NCBI GenBank assembly: GCA_963799485.1
Contig: CAWCXJ010000013.1
Location: 421,832 to 485,831, forward strand
DNA from: an uncultured Trueperaceae bacterium
Lineage (GTDB): Bacteria > Deinococcota > Deinococci > Deinococcales > Trueperaceae
DNA: 64,000 nt
Direction of reading: 5' to 3'
Part shown: piece by piece, positions 63,433-64,000 of the stretch
How positions within the stretch are numbered: the stretch's first letter is position 1
Layout of the letters: each line of letters opens with the position of its first letter
Notes under the pieces: generated by a model
The model's input: only the letters and a program-made list of their open reading frames with translations
What the model was told of the DNA's origin: nothing
Databases searched by the model: none
Made by a program: the position numbers and the translations under genes

Positions 63433-63985
63433 TAAACAACACACCGACTAAAGTCGGAGGGTTTGAGACGACGCCTGAAAGTCGGGATACGGGTCGTAGA
63501 CCCGTTAGTCCTCCGTCTTGAAGTTGTCGTCCCGAGTCGGTTCCAAGTGGTGTTCCAAGTAGCTCTTGATCATCTCCTCCGTTACCTGCCCGACGGTCGC
63601 ATAAAAGTATCCCCTCGCCCGGAAGTGTCTGCCCCAATACCGCCCTTTCAGCTTTGGAAACTCCTCGAACAGCTTGCTCGCACTTCGTCCCTCGATTCGC
63701 CGCATGATCTCGCTTGGGGCCAGCGTCGGCGGAGCGCTTACCAAGATGTGTACATGCTCGCTACTGACTACCCCACTCAGTATCCGTATCTCGAACGCCT
63801 CGCAGGTTTGCCGTACCAGTTCTCGCACTCGCTCGGCAGCGTCACCCTTGAGTACCTTGTAGCGGTACTTCGTCACCCAGACAAAATGGTACTCGATGTT
63901 GAAAACCGTGTGACTCCCACAGCGATACTCCACCCCCTAAGGCTGGCAGATGAAATCTGACCGCCTAAAGGCGGTGGCTTGAACC
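63433..63985 (-). mobile_element. tnpA: IS200-type element, stand-alone Y1 transposase (63505-63933)
   Basis: YHFVWVTKYR, HVH, RGYF, IKSYLEH; matching subterminal hairpins CCGACTAAAGTCGG (63444-63457) and CCGCCTAAAGGCGG (63961-63974); outer ends approximate. Confidence 0.93.
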
Positions 63986-64000
63986 TTACGCTTGGAATAG

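Noticed and set aside
63395..63504. tnpB or omega-RNA associated with the IS200 element
   Set aside because: The right-end hairpin follows tnpA within about 60 nt, leaving no room for tnpB

Overview
This is a chromosomal segment of a GC-rich bacterium, most likely Deinococcota and Truepera-like. That placement rests on the LysW-dependent lysine pathway, a Taq-type PolA, a Thermus-like SpoVS and many apparently leaderless genes. From left to right the window holds: a frameshifted oligoendopeptidase F; an IS630; a CDP-sugar/exopolysaccharide cluster; a DUF1998 helicase; a sulfolipid module (GT2, sqdB, sqdX); a nested IS graveyard (21-24 kb); housekeeping genes (acpS, rpiA, bcp, spoVS, rsmB-like, polA, glmM); an ISAs1 inside an IS701 remnant; cpdB; and the alpha-aminoadipate lysine operon (hcs-lysTUWX-lysY-lysZ-lysJ), which is interleaved with two VapBC modules and repair/detox genes and followed by a DUF3800 gene. 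Next comes a 1,037-aa ATPase-TPR-BTAD regulator facing an approximately 11-bp-periodic repeat promoter and an operon (NHLP-leader-like protein plus two DUF1080 lipoproteins). The window ends with IS1 and IS200 elements at an IS630 remnant. The most notable observations are: (1) the regulator/repeat-box/NHLP-like/DUF1080 locus; (2) families of tiny (26-93 bp) hairpin elements, one built from two GCGAAGC mini-hairpins, inserted at precise points in unrelated transposase genes; (3) HIP1-like over-representation of CTCGAG; (4) sqdB/sqdX sulfolipid genes. I saw no CRISPR array, rRNA or tRNA. All family calls come from motif recognition by eye; no database searches were run.
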